A stretch of DNA of 45,525 bases. It comes from Bdellovibrionales bacterium. GTDB lineage: Bacteria > Bdellovibrionota > Bdellovibrionia > Bdellovibrionales > UBA1609. Positions 35,627-45,414 of this stretch are shown here, one piece after another. The notes under the pieces are model-generated. The model did no database searches and had not been told where the DNA came from. It saw nothing but the letters and a program-made list of their open reading frames with translations. The stretch's first letter is position 1; each line of letters starts with the position of its first letter. Location of the stretch: positions 1 to 45,525 of the forward strand of contig JAWLHR010000023.1 of assembly GCA_041690295.1 (NCBI GenBank), written 5' to 3'. Position numbers and translations under genes: made by a program.

Positions 35627-36085
35627 ATGAAATTAGCGCTGATCGTGAGCGTGTTTGCGTTTATGGGAGCCAGCCAAGCTTTCGCTGACGCTCCAGGAGC
35701 TTATCCGCAGAATCCACAATATCCACAATATCCACCGCAACAACAACCTTATCCACAGTATCCGGATGGCAATCAACCGCCGCCTATCGAAGCTCCTATT
35801 GAGCAACCGGGTTGTGTGGGCTGTGTGGTTCCGGTTCAGCCGCGACCCTGTGTTAAGGTCGCTTGCCGCCAAGTCGCTCCTCCGGTGTTGCCCTTGCCTC
35901 ACGGAGTTCCCGGTTATGGCTACGGTGGTTTTGGAATTCAGAGAGTTTGTACCGTTCACCACGCTGGTGGATGGATCTACACGATCGCTTACGCAAATCA
36001 GCCGATCACGCATGTTCATGCGAGCCAGTTGCAACTGATTCGCGTCCAACTGATGCGTCAGGGAATTTGCCACGCTTTCATGTAA
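35627..36085 (+). CDS. Secreted Pro/Gln/Tyr-rich protein with Cys-bounded C-terminal domain
   Basis: AGGAGG SD, signal peptide (AFA-D) and YPQ repeats. Confidence 0.85.
   Translation: MKLALIVSVFAFMGASQAFADAPGAYPQNPQYPQYPPQQQPYPQYPDGNQPPPIEAPIEQPGCVGCVVPVQPRPCVKVACRQVAPPVLPLPHGVPGYGYGGFGIQRVCTVHHAGGWIYTIAYANQPITHVHASQLQLIRVQLMRQGICHAFM
35702..35768 (+). repeat. Imperfect 9-bp coding tandem repeat (TATCCACAA; Y-P-Q)
   Basis: tatccgcag aatccacaa tatccacaa tatccaccg ... tatccacag tatccggat. Confidence 0.8.
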
Positions 36086-36111
36086 TTGGGTTGCCCAGGG
36101 GAGAGTCATTT

Positions 36112-36786
36112 ATGTTGATAAAAAGAACAACAATCGCGTTCCTAACAATCGCTTCGGTTTTAGCTTACGCGGATTTTGCTGATGCTTTTAATGGTCGTCG
36201 GGGACCTGGAATTCGCCAGGTTGGTCCGAGAGCCGTAGGCCCGCGAGGAATTCGTCCTCCTATCGTGGCTCCTAACTTCGGACGACGCCCACCGATTCGA
36301 CGCCCTTGGCCTCCTCGTCGGCCTGTCGTGCGTCCTGTTCCGCGACCGGTTCCCGTTTATCCGGTTCCGGCACCGGCTCCGGTTTATCCCGTTCCGGCTC
36401 CGGCACCTGTTTATCCCGTGCCGACTCCGGTGATTCCGAATCCGCTGCCGCCACCGATCGAGGAAACCAACATTTTCATCTCAGAACCCTGCGATGATTA
36501 TGCTTATCCTCCGGTGATCGTGAATTCATATCCGGAGCAATCCATCTACTGTCCGTCGAACTATCTCCAGATCTGCAGCCAAACGGTTCTTCCGTATCCT
36601 GGCTTGCAAGTGGCTCCGGTGACTTGGTCGACGCCGACTTATGGATACTGCACCATTCAACCGACTTACACCGGATCCTACGTGTTGGTCTTGAACAACG
36701 GCCAAATGCTCTATCGGGGCGTCCTGCAAAATGTTAACTACATGTACCAGCGCTATTTGCAGATGGGCATTTGCCAAACATACTAA
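36112..36786 (+). CDS. Secreted Arg/Pro-rich, extensin-like repeat protein, paralogous C-terminus to 35627
   Basis: GGAG SD, signal peptide (ADA-F) and PVYPVPAPA repeats. Confidence 0.85.
   Translation: MLIKRTTIAFLTIASVLAYADFADAFNGRRGPGIRQVGPRAVGPRGIRPPIVAPNFGRRPPIRRPWPPRRPVVRPVPRPVPVYPVPAPAPVYPVPAPAPVYPVPTPVIPNPLPPPIEETNIFISEPCDDYAYPPVIVNSYPEQSIYCPSNYLQICSQTVLPYPGLQVAPVTWSTPTYGYCTIQPTYTGSYVLVLNNGQMLYRGVLQNVNYMYQRYLQMGICQTY
36346..36426 (+). repeat. Three 27-bp coding tandem repeats (P-[VA]-P-V-Y-P-V-P-[AT])
   Basis: ccggttcccgtttatccggttccggca / ccggctccggtttatcccgttccggct / ccggcacctgtttatcccgtgccgact. Confidence 0.85.
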
Positions 36787-36806
36787 AACTTGATCTTTGA
36801 GCTTTG

Positions 36807-36833
36807 GGGCGGTCGGTTTGACCGCCCTTTTTT
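36807..36833 (+). terminator. Intrinsic terminator
   Basis: GGGCGGTC-GGTTT-GACCGCCC-TTTTTT. Confidence 0.85.
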
Positions 36834-37485
36834 ATGGTGGCAACGGCCGACAATTGATATTTTTTAGCTCGGCCAGTTTCTTTTTATTCGAATTGAAAAC
36901 TTCCGTTAAATTCTCATCGAGTCCTGAGACAGATCCCGCATAAAATTCCTGCGCGACCTTATCTCCCAACAGAGCCTGCGCCCAGATTTGATCCAACAAC
37001 TCTTCGCCGTATTCGGAAAGATCATTTTCTTTTTTCTTTTTCTCGAATTCACCAAGAGCCGCGGGGAAGGGATTGCTTTTCATGCTGAAGACGCACTTGG
37101 GAACGGAGATGGTGCAGTTTTCGGCCGTGCATGTGATTTCGCGCGCGAGAGCGGGCTTGGGTTGTTCGGAGAAAAACCAGACTTCCTCAAGCTCCAAGCC
37201 TTTTCCGGCGACAGGTTTGGCCCAATAGGTTTCGGCCACTTCCGAGCTGAAAACCTTTTGCGGCTCTTTTTGTTTGGCACTTGTGAAGTAAACCGAGAAA
37301 TCCGCGAAGGTGCGTTTGCCTGGCGGTGTCTTCACTTCATGATCTTCAAATCCGCAAAGAGCCAATACCGGTCCCGCCGATGTTTTAACCGACAATGCGG
37401 GCTCATAATCCGCGCCCGGGCATTTCTCGGCCGTGGCGGACCACACGAACAACAAAAGATTCACGAGCCAGGTCACGCGGATCAT
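36832..37485 (-). CDS. Secreted hypothetical protein
   Basis: Signal peptide (ATA-E), six Cys, 217-aa ORF. Confidence 0.8.
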   Translation of the reverse strand: MIRVTWLVNLLLFVWSATAEKCPGADYEPALSVKTSAGPVLALCGFEDHEVKTPPGKRTFADFSVYFTSAKQKEPQKVFSSEVAETYWAKPVAGKGLELEEVWFFSEQPKPALAREITCTAENCTISVPKCVFSMKSNPFPAALGEFEKKKKENDLSEYGEELLDQIWAQALLGDKVAQEFYAGSVSGLDENLTEVFNSNKKKLAELKNINCRPLPP

Positions 37486-37540
37486 ATAGATTAAAGTAAA
37501 TCAGATGCGGCCATAAGTTTACACCTTATAACGCATTCGG

Positions 37541-38251
37541 CTAGTGACCCAAATAGGCCGCTTGAATTTCGGGATTTTCAAGTAGCGCTCGACCTTCGCC
37601 GCTCAGACGGATTCGTCCGGTCTCGAGCACGTAGGCTCTTTGACTAATTTTGAGCGCCATACGGGCATTCTGTTCGACGAGGAGAATGGTAATGCCCTCT
37701 CGATTCAATTGTTGGATGATCTGGAAAATTTGTTGAACTATACGTGGGGCCAGACCCAAGGACGGTTCATCGAGCATCAAAATCCGCGGTTTGGACAAGA
37801 TGGCGCGACTAATCGAAAGCATCTGTTGCTCGCCCCCCGACAATGTCCCGGCGGAGGCTTTAAAGCGCTCCTTCAATCGCGGGAAAAGCTGAAAGCAGTG
37901 ATCCATCTCAGAGGCGAGATTCTTACGATCCTTTCGATGAAACGCGCCGAGCTTGAGATTTTCCTCAACGGTCATGTTCAGGAAAATGCCCCGTCCCTCG
38001 GGCGAATGCACCAGACCGTGAGAAACAAGTAAATGCGCGGGAATGTTCTCGGTGGATTTGCCGTCGAGGAGAACTCGTCCTTTTCTGGGAACAAGTCCGG
38101 AAATCGCCCGAAGAGTCGTGGTTTTGCCCGCGCCATTGGCGCCGATCAATGAAACGATCTCACCCTTATTGATCGAAAATGAAATGCCTTTTACGGCGTC
38201 GATGGCACCGTAATTGACTTTGAGATCAGTGACTTCGAGGATGGGGCTCAT
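37541..38251 (-). CDS. livF: Branched-chain amino acid ABC transporter ATP-binding protein
   Basis: GANGAGKTT, PEGRGIF, LSGGEQQML and DEPSLGLAP. Confidence 0.95.
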   Translation of the reverse strand: MSPILEVTDLKVNYGAIDAVKGISFSINKGEIVSLIGANGAGKTTTLRAISGLVPRKGRVLLDGKSTENIPAHLLVSHGLVHSPEGRGIFLNMTVEENLKLGAFHRKDRKNLASEMDHCFQLFPRLKERFKASAGTLSGGEQQMLSISRAILSKPRILMLDEPSLGLAPRIVQQIFQIIQQLNREGITILLVEQNARMALKISQRAYVLETGRIRLSGEGRALLENPEIQAAYLGH

Positions 38252-39015
38252 GCCGACTCCTCAACTCCCAAGTAGGCTTCAATCACTTTGGTGTTCGATT
38301 GGATTTCTTTAGGTAATCCCTCGGCGATCACCACTCCATGGTCGAGCACCACGATGCGCTCGCAAATGCCCATGACGAGTTTCATATCATGCTCGATCAA
38401 CAGCACGGCCAAGTTGAATTCATCGCGAATTTTCCGAATCAGGCCCATCAACTCCGCCGTTTCGGCGGGATTCATCCCCGCGGCGGGCTCGTCGAGCAGG
38501 ATCAATTTAGGGTGACCCGCGAGCGCCCGAACGATTTCGATTTTTCGTTGAATGCCGTAGGGCAGGGATCCGGCCAAATCCTGGGCCAATCCCTGAAGAT
38601 TGAATATCTCCAATAGCTCCATGGCTTTTTGGCGCGACTCCCGTTCGACCCGAGTGAATTTCGGTCCGTGCGTGAACGCGGCCAAAAGCCCGTAAGGACA
38701 ACCCATGTGCATGGTCACTAAGACGTTCTCAAGTACGCTCAGATTGGCGAACAAGCGAATGTTTTGAAAGGTCCGAATCACGCCCCGGCGGGCGATCTCA
38801 TAGGCTTTCAATGAATTGATCTTCTCGCCGTTAAAAATGATTTCGCCTGAGGTGGGCTTATAAATTCCGGTGATCAGATTAAACGCCGTGGTCTTTCCCG
38901 CTCCGTTCGGTCCGATCAGTCCGACCAGCTCGCCGGAGTTCACCGCCATGTTCATGTTCTCAATGACTTTAAGACCGCCGAACCGAATAGAGACGTCTTT
39001 AAGATGGAGCAGCAC
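38248..39015 (-). CDS. livG: Branched-chain amino acid ABC transporter ATP-binding protein
   Basis: GPNGAGKTT, RTFQNIRLF, LPYG.Q, DEPAAGMN and IEHDM. Confidence 0.95.
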   Translation of the reverse strand: MLLHLKDVSIRFGGLKVIENMNMAVNSGELVGLIGPNGAGKTTAFNLITGIYKPTSGEIIFNGEKINSLKAYEIARRGVIRTFQNIRLFANLSVLENVLVTMHMGCPYGLLAAFTHGPKFTRVERESRQKAMELLEIFNLQGLAQDLAGSLPYGIQRKIEIVRALAGHPKLILLDEPAAGMNPAETAELMGLIRKIRDEFNLAVLLIEHDMKLVMGICERIVVLDHGVVIAEGLPKEIQSNTKVIEAYLGVEESA

Positions 39016-39949
39016 GCTTCCTCCAAATCGAAGTCCATTCTTTAGTACCCAGGAGACCTGTTGGACGCCAGATCATGAGCATGATCAGAGCCAAGGAGTA
39101 AATCACCATTCGGATATCAACACCCGTCCATTCCTGAAGCGGACGCAAAGCTTCGGGCAAAATGGTCACGATCACCGCGCCCAGCACGGAGCCGGTGAGC
39201 GAACCCATACCGCCGAGAACCACCATGATGACGGCATCCACGCTTTTGATGAATTGAAAGCTCGCGGGATTCAGCGAGTTGGTGGTTTGCGCGAAAAGCG
39301 CTCCCGCGCAGCCGGCGAAAAAGCTTGAGATCACAAACGCACTCACCTTCACCCGTGTGGTGTTGATCCCCATGCACTCGGAAGCCACTTCATCCTCACG
39401 CACACTCATAAAAGCGCGTCCATAAGAGCTATGAACCAACCGCCAAAGCAAAAGCACGGTCGCTCCCGACCAGGCGAAAACATGGAAGCACGCCAAGGCG
39501 CCGGTTTCACCGGGAATTCCGTAAAGCCCGCGGGCTCCGCCCACGATATCAAGATTGAGCAGGATCACCCGGATGATTTCGCCAAATCCCAGCGTAACGA
39601 TGGCCAGATAATCGCCGCGCAATCGAAGCGACGGCATACCCACCAAGAATCCCGCTATGGCGGCCGCGATTCCTCCCGCGACCACATAAATCGGATACGC
39701 CCAAGGGAACGGCTGAAAATACAAACTCACGACCGCTCCGGTATAGGCGCCAACCGCCATGAAGCCCGCATGGCCCAAGGAAAACTGACCGCAAAAGCCG
39801 TTCACCAGGTTCAAACTGGTGGAAAGCATGATGTTGATCGCGATGAAAAATAAAATTTGCTGAAGATAGGCGTTCAAGGCGAATTCCGACAGCAGACTGA
39901 TCACAAAAGCCAATCCGAATACCAGGATCCACCCACGATAGGCTTGCAT
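38999..39949 (-). CDS. livM: Branched-chain amino acid ABC transporter permease
   Basis: GQFSLGHAGF and LRLRGDYLAIVTLGFGEI. Confidence 0.95.
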   Translation of the reverse strand: MQAYRGWILVFGLAFVISLLSEFALNAYLQQILFFIAINIMLSTSLNLVNGFCGQFSLGHAGFMAVGAYTGAVVSLYFQPFPWAYPIYVVAGGIAAAIAGFLVGMPSLRLRGDYLAIVTLGFGEIIRVILLNLDIVGGARGLYGIPGETGALACFHVFAWSGATVLLLWRLVHSSYGRAFMSVREDEVASECMGINTTRVKVSAFVISSFFAGCAGALFAQTTNSLNPASFQFIKSVDAVIMVVLGGMGSLTGSVLGAVIVTILPEALRPLQEWTGVDIRMVIYSLALIMLMIWRPTGLLGTKEWTSIWRKRAAPS

Positions 39950-40851
39950 TAAACTTTCTCCACGCGAACCTGGCCCATAATTCCGGACGGTTTGAATAAT
40001 AGGATCGCGATCAGCAAACCGAACGCGAGAGCATCCCGATAGGTGCTCGAGAGATAGGCCACAACCATTTCTTCGCTCAGGCCCATGATCAGGCCACCAA
40101 TCACCGCGCCCGGCAGATTGCCAATACCCCCAAGGACCGCCGCCACGAAGGCCTTTAAGCCGAAAAGCATGCCCATTAACGGGTCGATCTTGGGATATTT
40201 AAGCCCCACCAAAAGCGAACCCACACCGGCCAATGAACTCCCCACGATAAAAGTGGTCATGATCACCGAATTAACGTTAATGCCCATGAGCGTGGCCGAG
40301 CGTGACGAAAAGCTCGCCGCCCGAATCGCCATACCGATTGTGGTGTGATTGATCAAATAGTTGAGTGAAAGCATGAAGACCAAGGCCACCGAAAAAATGG
40401 TGACATCAAAAAGCTGAATTCGGATCGCCCCCATTGAAAACAACGTGCGATCCGTTAGGACCTCGGGAAAAAGCTTCGGGTCGGCGCCGAACACCACCTG
40501 ACCGGTGAATTGAAGAAAGAGGCTGACCCCGATCGCGGTAATGAGAACATTCAACTTAGGGGCATTCCGCAACGGTCGATAAGCAAAACGCTCAATGCAC
40601 ACGCCGAGCACGGAGCAAACGGTTATGGTGATCAACAAAGTGATAAAAAATGAAGTCCATCCGGGCGAGTCGTTAAGCCTGAGGAATGAGGCGCCATAAT
40701 ATCCGGCGAACGCACCCACCATATACACTTCGGAGTGGGCGAAGTTGATGAGCTGTAACACACCATAAACCATGGTGTAACCGAGCGCGATCAAGGCATA
40801 GATCGCGCCCAAGTTAAGTCCATTGAGAATGTGTTGAATGAACTCTTCCAT
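39949..40851 (-). CDS. livH: Branched-chain amino acid ABC transporter permease
   Basis: YALIALGYTMVYG..QLINFAH and KAFVAAVLGGIG. Confidence 0.95.
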   Translation of the reverse strand: MEEFIQHILNGLNLGAIYALIALGYTMVYGVLQLINFAHSEVYMVGAFAGYYGASFLRLNDSPGWTSFFITLLITITVCSVLGVCIERFAYRPLRNAPKLNVLITAIGVSLFLQFTGQVVFGADPKLFPEVLTDRTLFSMGAIRIQLFDVTIFSVALVFMLSLNYLINHTTIGMAIRAASFSSRSATLMGINVNSVIMTTFIVGSSLAGVGSLLVGLKYPKIDPLMGMLFGLKAFVAAVLGGIGNLPGAVIGGLIMGLSEEMVVAYLSSTYRDALAFGLLIAILLFKPSGIMGQVRVEKV

Positions 40852-42005
40852 CAACTTCCGTGTTCAAATACCGTGACGTACTTGAGCGAATTGCCCTTAA
40901 CCTGAACAATGAACACGTCTTTGTCGGCATTGCGCTTTTCATTGATCGTGATCTTGCCCGTGGCGCCGTCGAAGTTCTGAATCTTCGCCAATTCGTCCCG
41001 AATGGCTTTGGGAGTCAGCTCCTTCGCGTTCTCGATCGCCTGGATCAAGATCATGGCGGCGTCATATCCGGCGGCGGAAAGACCGTCCGGATCCTCGTTA
41101 TATTTCTCGCGGTAATCTTTGATGAACTTCTGCGTGGCGGGATTGGGACTTTCGCTGGCGTAATGGTTCGAAAAGTAGGCACCCTCAATGGATTTTTGGC
41201 CGATTTCAAAAAGTTTCGGGCTATCCCAACCATCACCACCCAAAAGCACGGCTTTGATACCCAGTTGCCGTGCCTGACGGGCGATCAAACCCACTTCGGT
41301 ATAATACGCGGGAATGAAAATCGCATCCGGATTGGCGCTGCGAATTTGGGTGAGCTGTGCTTTGAAATCGGAGTCACCCTGCTGAAAGGTTTGCTCAACG
41401 ACAATCTCGCCACCGAGCTCTTTGAATTTTTTGATGAAAAATTCAGCAAGCCCAAGGCTGTAATCTGATTTCAAATCTTTCAGTACAGCCACCTTTTTGA
41501 ATTTTAAGTTCTCGTACGCGAACCGGGCCATGACCGGTCCTTGAAAGGGATCAATAAAGCAAACGCGGAAAATGTAATCACCGACTTCAGTCACTTTAGG
41601 ATTGGTGGAGCTCGGGCTGATCATCGGGATCTTGTACTGCTGGGCGATCGGAGCGGCGGCGCGAGACCGGGTGCTTGCGACCTCTCCCAAAATCGCGATC
41701 ACTTTATCTTGAGTGATGAGTTTTTTAACGGTGGCGGCGGCTTCTTCGGGACGCCCCTGATTGTCCTCGGTTTTTAAAACAATCTTTTTCCCTTTAATTC
41801 CGCCAGCGGCGTTTTTCGCGTCGATCGCCAGCCGGATTCCTTTATCCGTCGATTGACCGAACGTGGCTTCACTGCCCGTCATCGAACCGAACTGGCCGAT
41901 CAGAATCTCGTCACCCACCACGTTTTCCGACTTCTTGGTGCAGCTCGCTAGAAAAAGAAAAACACTGGCCGTAATGACCAAATTACGAAGCCCGTAAAAT
42001 CGCAT
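40851..42005 (-). CDS. livK: Branched-chain amino acid ABC transporter substrate-binding lipoprotein
   Basis: Lipobox LASC, N.AGGI.GK.I, FRVCFID.FQG and DF.AQLT.I. Confidence 0.92.
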   Translation of the reverse strand: MRFYGLRNLVITASVFLFLASCTKKSENVVGDEILIGQFGSMTGSEATFGQSTDKGIRLAIDAKNAAGGIKGKKIVLKTEDNQGRPEEAAATVKKLITQDKVIAILGEVASTRSRAAAPIAQQYKIPMISPSSTNPKVTEVGDYIFRVCFIDPFQGPVMARFAYENLKFKKVAVLKDLKSDYSLGLAEFFIKKFKELGGEIVVEQTFQQGDSDFKAQLTQIRSANPDAIFIPAYYTEVGLIARQARQLGIKAVLLGGDGWDSPKLFEIGQKSIEGAYFSNHYASESPNPATQKFIKDYREKYNEDPDGLSAAGYDAAMILIQAIENAKELTPKAIRDELAKIQNFDGATGKITINEKRNADKDVFIVQVKGNSLKYVTVFEHGS

Positions 42006-42057
42006 CAAACCCCTCCTAAAATGCTGAATTAATGGCTACCGCGTGGCGAATAATGGG

Positions 42058-42651
42058 TCAACCGATCTTGATCCGACCGGTGATTAAATCATTGAGAACT
42101 CTAGGATAATGTTCGTGCTCAAGCGCATGGATACGGGCTGTCAAGGTCTCCACCGTCTCATCAGGTCCAAGCGGAGTTTTAAACTGCGCAACAATCGGCC
42201 CTCGATCATATTCTTCATTGACCAGGTGAATTGTAATTCCCGACTGCTTCTCTCCGGCCGCCAACACGGCTTCATGAACACGTTGTCCATACATTCCCTT
42301 CCCGCCAAAGGAGGGAAGCAATGCAGGATGAATATTTACAATCCGGTTCGGATACGACTTCAGAACTTCGGGTCCGATAAGTGCTAAAAACCCCGCGAGC
42401 ACCACCCAATCCACTTGCCACTTTTTTAGCGTCTCGGCCATTTTCATGTCCCAATCCTTGGGACTGGAAAATTCACGAGGGTTGATAACCATCGAGGGAA
42501 CATGAAGCCGCTCGGCCCGCTTCAAGGCTCCGGCCGAGGGGCGATTAACCACCAAGCCCACCACTTGCGCCGCAAGTATTCCGGAGCGCGTCGCCTGCAC
42601 GATCGCCTCGAAATTTGAGCCTTCGCCGGAAGCTAGGACCGCGATTTTCAT
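42058..42651 (-). CDS. purN: Phosphoribosylglycinamide formyltransferase
   Basis: SGEGSNF.A, LAGF, NIHPALLP.FGG.GMYG..VH and YDRGPI. Confidence 0.97.
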   Translation of the reverse strand: MKIAVLASGEGSNFEAIVQATRSGILAAQVVGLVVNRPSAGALKRAERLHVPSMVINPREFSSPKDWDMKMAETLKKWQVDWVVLAGFLALIGPEVLKSYPNRIVNIHPALLPSFGGKGMYGQRVHEAVLAAGEKQSGITIHLVNEEYDRGPIVAQFKTPLGPDETVETLTARIHALEHEHYPRVLNDLITGRIKIG

Positions 42652-42795
42652 GGTATGGGCGTACCCTTATGCCGAAAGAGCGTCAATCACGGAGCCCCAA
42701 GTGACGGAAATTGCCACTCCGCTGGGCTCCCCTTTAGGTTAAATGACTCTCTCCACTGGTCCGTCTTTTGCTCAATTTGGCGCCGGAGGATCCCG

Positions 42796-43764
42796 ATGTT
42801 GTCCGTTTATCGTTTTTCACAGACAGTGGCGATTTCGTCTTTGGCCCTGTTGATCGCGGCCTGCGGGGGCGGTCAGGGTAAACGTGAACGGGTCTCGAAA
42901 GTTTCGCAAGCGAGGCAAAACCAATCCCTCGATTGGTCCAAACAAGACATCTACATGAAATCCGAAGACGGCAAAAAAGCCACTTGCCTGAACGTGAAAA
43001 AGCTCACGGACTTCATCGCCCGAATCAACAAAGAAACCGTGACCGTGCACACCTTTGACTTGGATTTCGTGGTGCGATCGGGTGTGGATGCCAAATCCTC
43101 ATTCTCTAGCGCGGACAAGAGCTTGAACGCCCAGAAAGCCCAGTATTTTTTCACCGGTCCCGAGGTGAGAAAGCGCCTGCTGGCTCCGATTCTGGAAAAC
43201 CGCCTGGGGAGTGAATTGGTTCATGTCTCTCAAATCGGACAATTCCTGAATGTCGGTGATCAATCGAAGTGCGATGCGGTTTCATTTTTGGAAGGCGATC
43301 AAAACGTTGAATATAAGATCGTGGATCAGGACTCCCGTTCGATCCGCCTGAGCCGCCGCAACGGTGGCGCTGAATTCCGTATTTATCAAATCGGCTCGCG
43401 TGGGGAGCTTTTTATCACTCAAATTTACCAAGACTCGAACGTTAAGCCTTGTGGTGAAGCCACCGGCACCAATCATTGGATCCGCCGCATTTACAGCATC
43501 AGTGTCGCGGAGAACCTGACCCGATTGCCGATCAGCACTAATCTCGCGAGCCTCTTTGATCAATTCGTGTGGAGTTCCGAGTCGATGAAAAAACAATTGA
43601 GCCGCGGAAGCGCCAATTCGGATTCCAACACGAACGCGAACGCCACCCGCCGCTCAAGCGGCATCGGGCGCGTTCAAATCGGACTCGGTGATTACTTCTA
43701 CATCCGCAACCTCATTAACGAGGACGGCGGTAAGTTAAAAGAGCTGAAGTGCTCTAATCTTTAG
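42796..43764 (+). CDS. Hypothetical lipoprotein
   Basis: GGAGG SD before ATG 42796. Lipobox IAAC. Confidence 0.8.
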   Translation: MLSVYRFSQTVAISSLALLIAACGGGQGKRERVSKVSQARQNQSLDWSKQDIYMKSEDGKKATCLNVKKLTDFIARINKETVTVHTFDLDFVVRSGVDAKSSFSSADKSLNAQKAQYFFTGPEVRKRLLAPILENRLGSELVHVSQIGQFLNVGDQSKCDAVSFLEGDQNVEYKIVDQDSRSIRLSRRNGGAEFRIYQIGSRGELFITQIYQDSNVKPCGEATGTNHWIRRIYSISVAENLTRLPISTNLASLFDQFVWSSESMKKQLSRGSANSDSNTNANATRRSSGIGRVQIGLGDYFYIRNLINEDGGKLKELKCSNL

Positions 43765-44746
43765 ACGTAAACGCGCTGACTTTCTGATCGATCGCTCCGA
43801 AAATACTGCGACCTTCGTGATCAAACATTTCGATTTTGATTCTGTCGCCGACTTTCATGAAGGGCGTTTTGATCACGCCGTCATTGATTTTTTCGAGCAT
43901 GCGCTTTTCCGCAAGACAGCTGCTGCCTCGGCTTGGATCTTCATTGGAAACGGTTCCGCTGCCCACGATCGTACCGGCGATCAACGGCCGGGTTCGCGCG
44001 GCGTGGGCGATCAGCTGGCCGAAGTGAAAATGCATGGCTCCCGCATCGGCATTGCCGAAAAATTCTCCGTTAAGCTCGACCTTAAGAGGTAAATGAACAC
44101 GTCCCTCACGCCAGGCGTGTCCGAGTTCGTCGGCCGTGACCGCGAACGGAGCGAACGATGATGATGGTTTGCTTTGAAAGAAACCAAAACCTTGCGCCAA
44201 TTCTTCGGGAATGAGACCGCGAAGCGAAACGTCGTTCACGATCATGAACAAAATGATTTTCTCCAGCGCGCGTTCAGGCGAAATGCCCATCGGCACATCG
44301 TCCACGATGACCGCGACCTCACCTTCGAAATCCGTTCCGTGGGCGAAATCAATTTGCGGGATGTCTTCGGTCGGCGCCAAAAAGCTGTCACTTCCCCCTT
44401 GATACATCAAGGGAACTGTTTCGAGCGTTTCAGGGAGCGGGGCGTTTCTGGCCATGCGAACGAGTTTGATGTGATGAATGTAGGCCGAACCATCCGCCCA
44501 TTGAAAGCTCCGCGGAAGTGGCGAATGAAGCTTTGCCACGTCGATGGCGAAACTCTCTTTGACGTCTCCACTATTGAGCTTCTGGTACAGCTCCTCGAGT
44601 TTCGGTCTGGTGGAGGCCCAATTTTCCACGGCCTCACGGAGTGAAGGAGCCACGGACGTGGCTTTAACTCCCCTTTGATTGTTCTTGGAAACAACGATAA
44701 GTTCACCGTCACGACTCGTGGCGGATTTCAATGTGGCGAGTTTCAT
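43754..44746 (-). CDS. Fumarylacetoacetate hydrolase family protein
   Basis: MKLATLK...RDG.L, PLPR.FQWADGSAY, DFEGE, NDVSLR and GSGTVSN. Confidence 0.93.
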   Translation of the reverse strand: MKLATLKSATSRDGELIVVSKNNQRGVKATSVAPSLREAVENWASTRPKLEELYQKLNSGDVKESFAIDVAKLHSPLPRSFQWADGSAYIHHIKLVRMARNAPLPETLETVPLMYQGGSDSFLAPTEDIPQIDFAHGTDFEGEVAVIVDDVPMGISPERALEKIILFMIVNDVSLRGLIPEELAQGFGFFQSKPSSSFAPFAVTADELGHAWREGRVHLPLKVELNGEFFGNADAGAMHFHFGQLIAHAARTRPLIAGTIVGSGTVSNEDPSRGSSCLAEKRMLEKINDGVIKTPFMKVGDRIKIEMFDHEGRSIFGAIDQKVSAFTSKD

Positions 44747-44772
44747 GGCCCCATAATATACAGGGAGGACAT

Positions 44773-45414
44773 ATGCTCAAGCTTTACTCCTATTTTCGCA
44801 GCAGCGCTTCTTATCGGGTGCGCATCGCCTTACACTGGAAAGAACTGCCGTTCGAATACATACCCATTCATCTAACGAGAAACGGGGGCGAACAGCATCA
44901 AGCCCACTTTCGTAAAATCAACCCGATGGGGCATGTGCCGGCGCTCGATCACAACGGCTTTTTGGTGTCCGAAAGCATGGCCATCATCGATTATTTGGAT
45001 CAGGTTTATCCCCAGCGACCGCTCTTTCCCCAGTCACTGGCGGATCGAGCTCGCGTCCTGCAGATTTGTGAAATCATTAACAGCGGCATCCAGCCTTTGC
45101 AGAATTTGAAAGTCGGACAATTTTTGGTGCGCGAAATGGGTGTGCCGGAAGACGCCACTGATAAGTGGTGCCAGCATTGGATTATTAAGGGATTCGAGAG
45201 TCTGGAAAAGATCCTCGCGTCGACGGCCGGCACATATTGCTTGGGCGGAGAATTCACCGCCGCGGATTGTTTCTTGGTTCCTCAGTGCCATTCGGCCCGT
45301 CGCTTTGGCGTCAAAGTCGAAGATTTCCCAATCATCGCCCGCATCGATGCGGCGGTGTTGGAACTTCCCGCCGTCCAAGCAGCCCGCCCCGGCAACCAAC
45401 CCGACAGCGTGTAA
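44773..45414 (+). CDS. maiA: Maleylacetoacetate isomerase (GST zeta)
   Basis: LYSYFRSSASYRVRIAL, NP.G.VP, ESMAI and SGIQPLQNL. Confidence 0.95.
   Translation: MLKLYSYFRSSASYRVRIALHWKELPFEYIPIHLTRNGGEQHQAHFRKINPMGHVPALDHNGFLVSESMAIIDYLDQVYPQRPLFPQSLADRARVLQICEIINSGIQPLQNLKVGQFLVREMGVPEDATDKWCQHWIIKGFESLEKILASTAGTYCLGGEFTAADCFLVPQCHSARRFGVKVEDFPIIARIDAAVLELPAVQAARPGNQPDSV

Noticed and set aside
35702..35768. DnaA-box-like cluster (perfect TTATCCACA at 35749-35757 plus near matches) suggesting oriC
   Set aside because: All copies are in frame within a CDS and encode Tyr-Pro-Gln repeats. No dnaA/dnaN/gid context.
36346..36426. 27-bp repeats as a possible CRISPR array
   Set aside because: Contiguous, no spacers, vary mostly at synonymous positions, coding. 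No cas genes.
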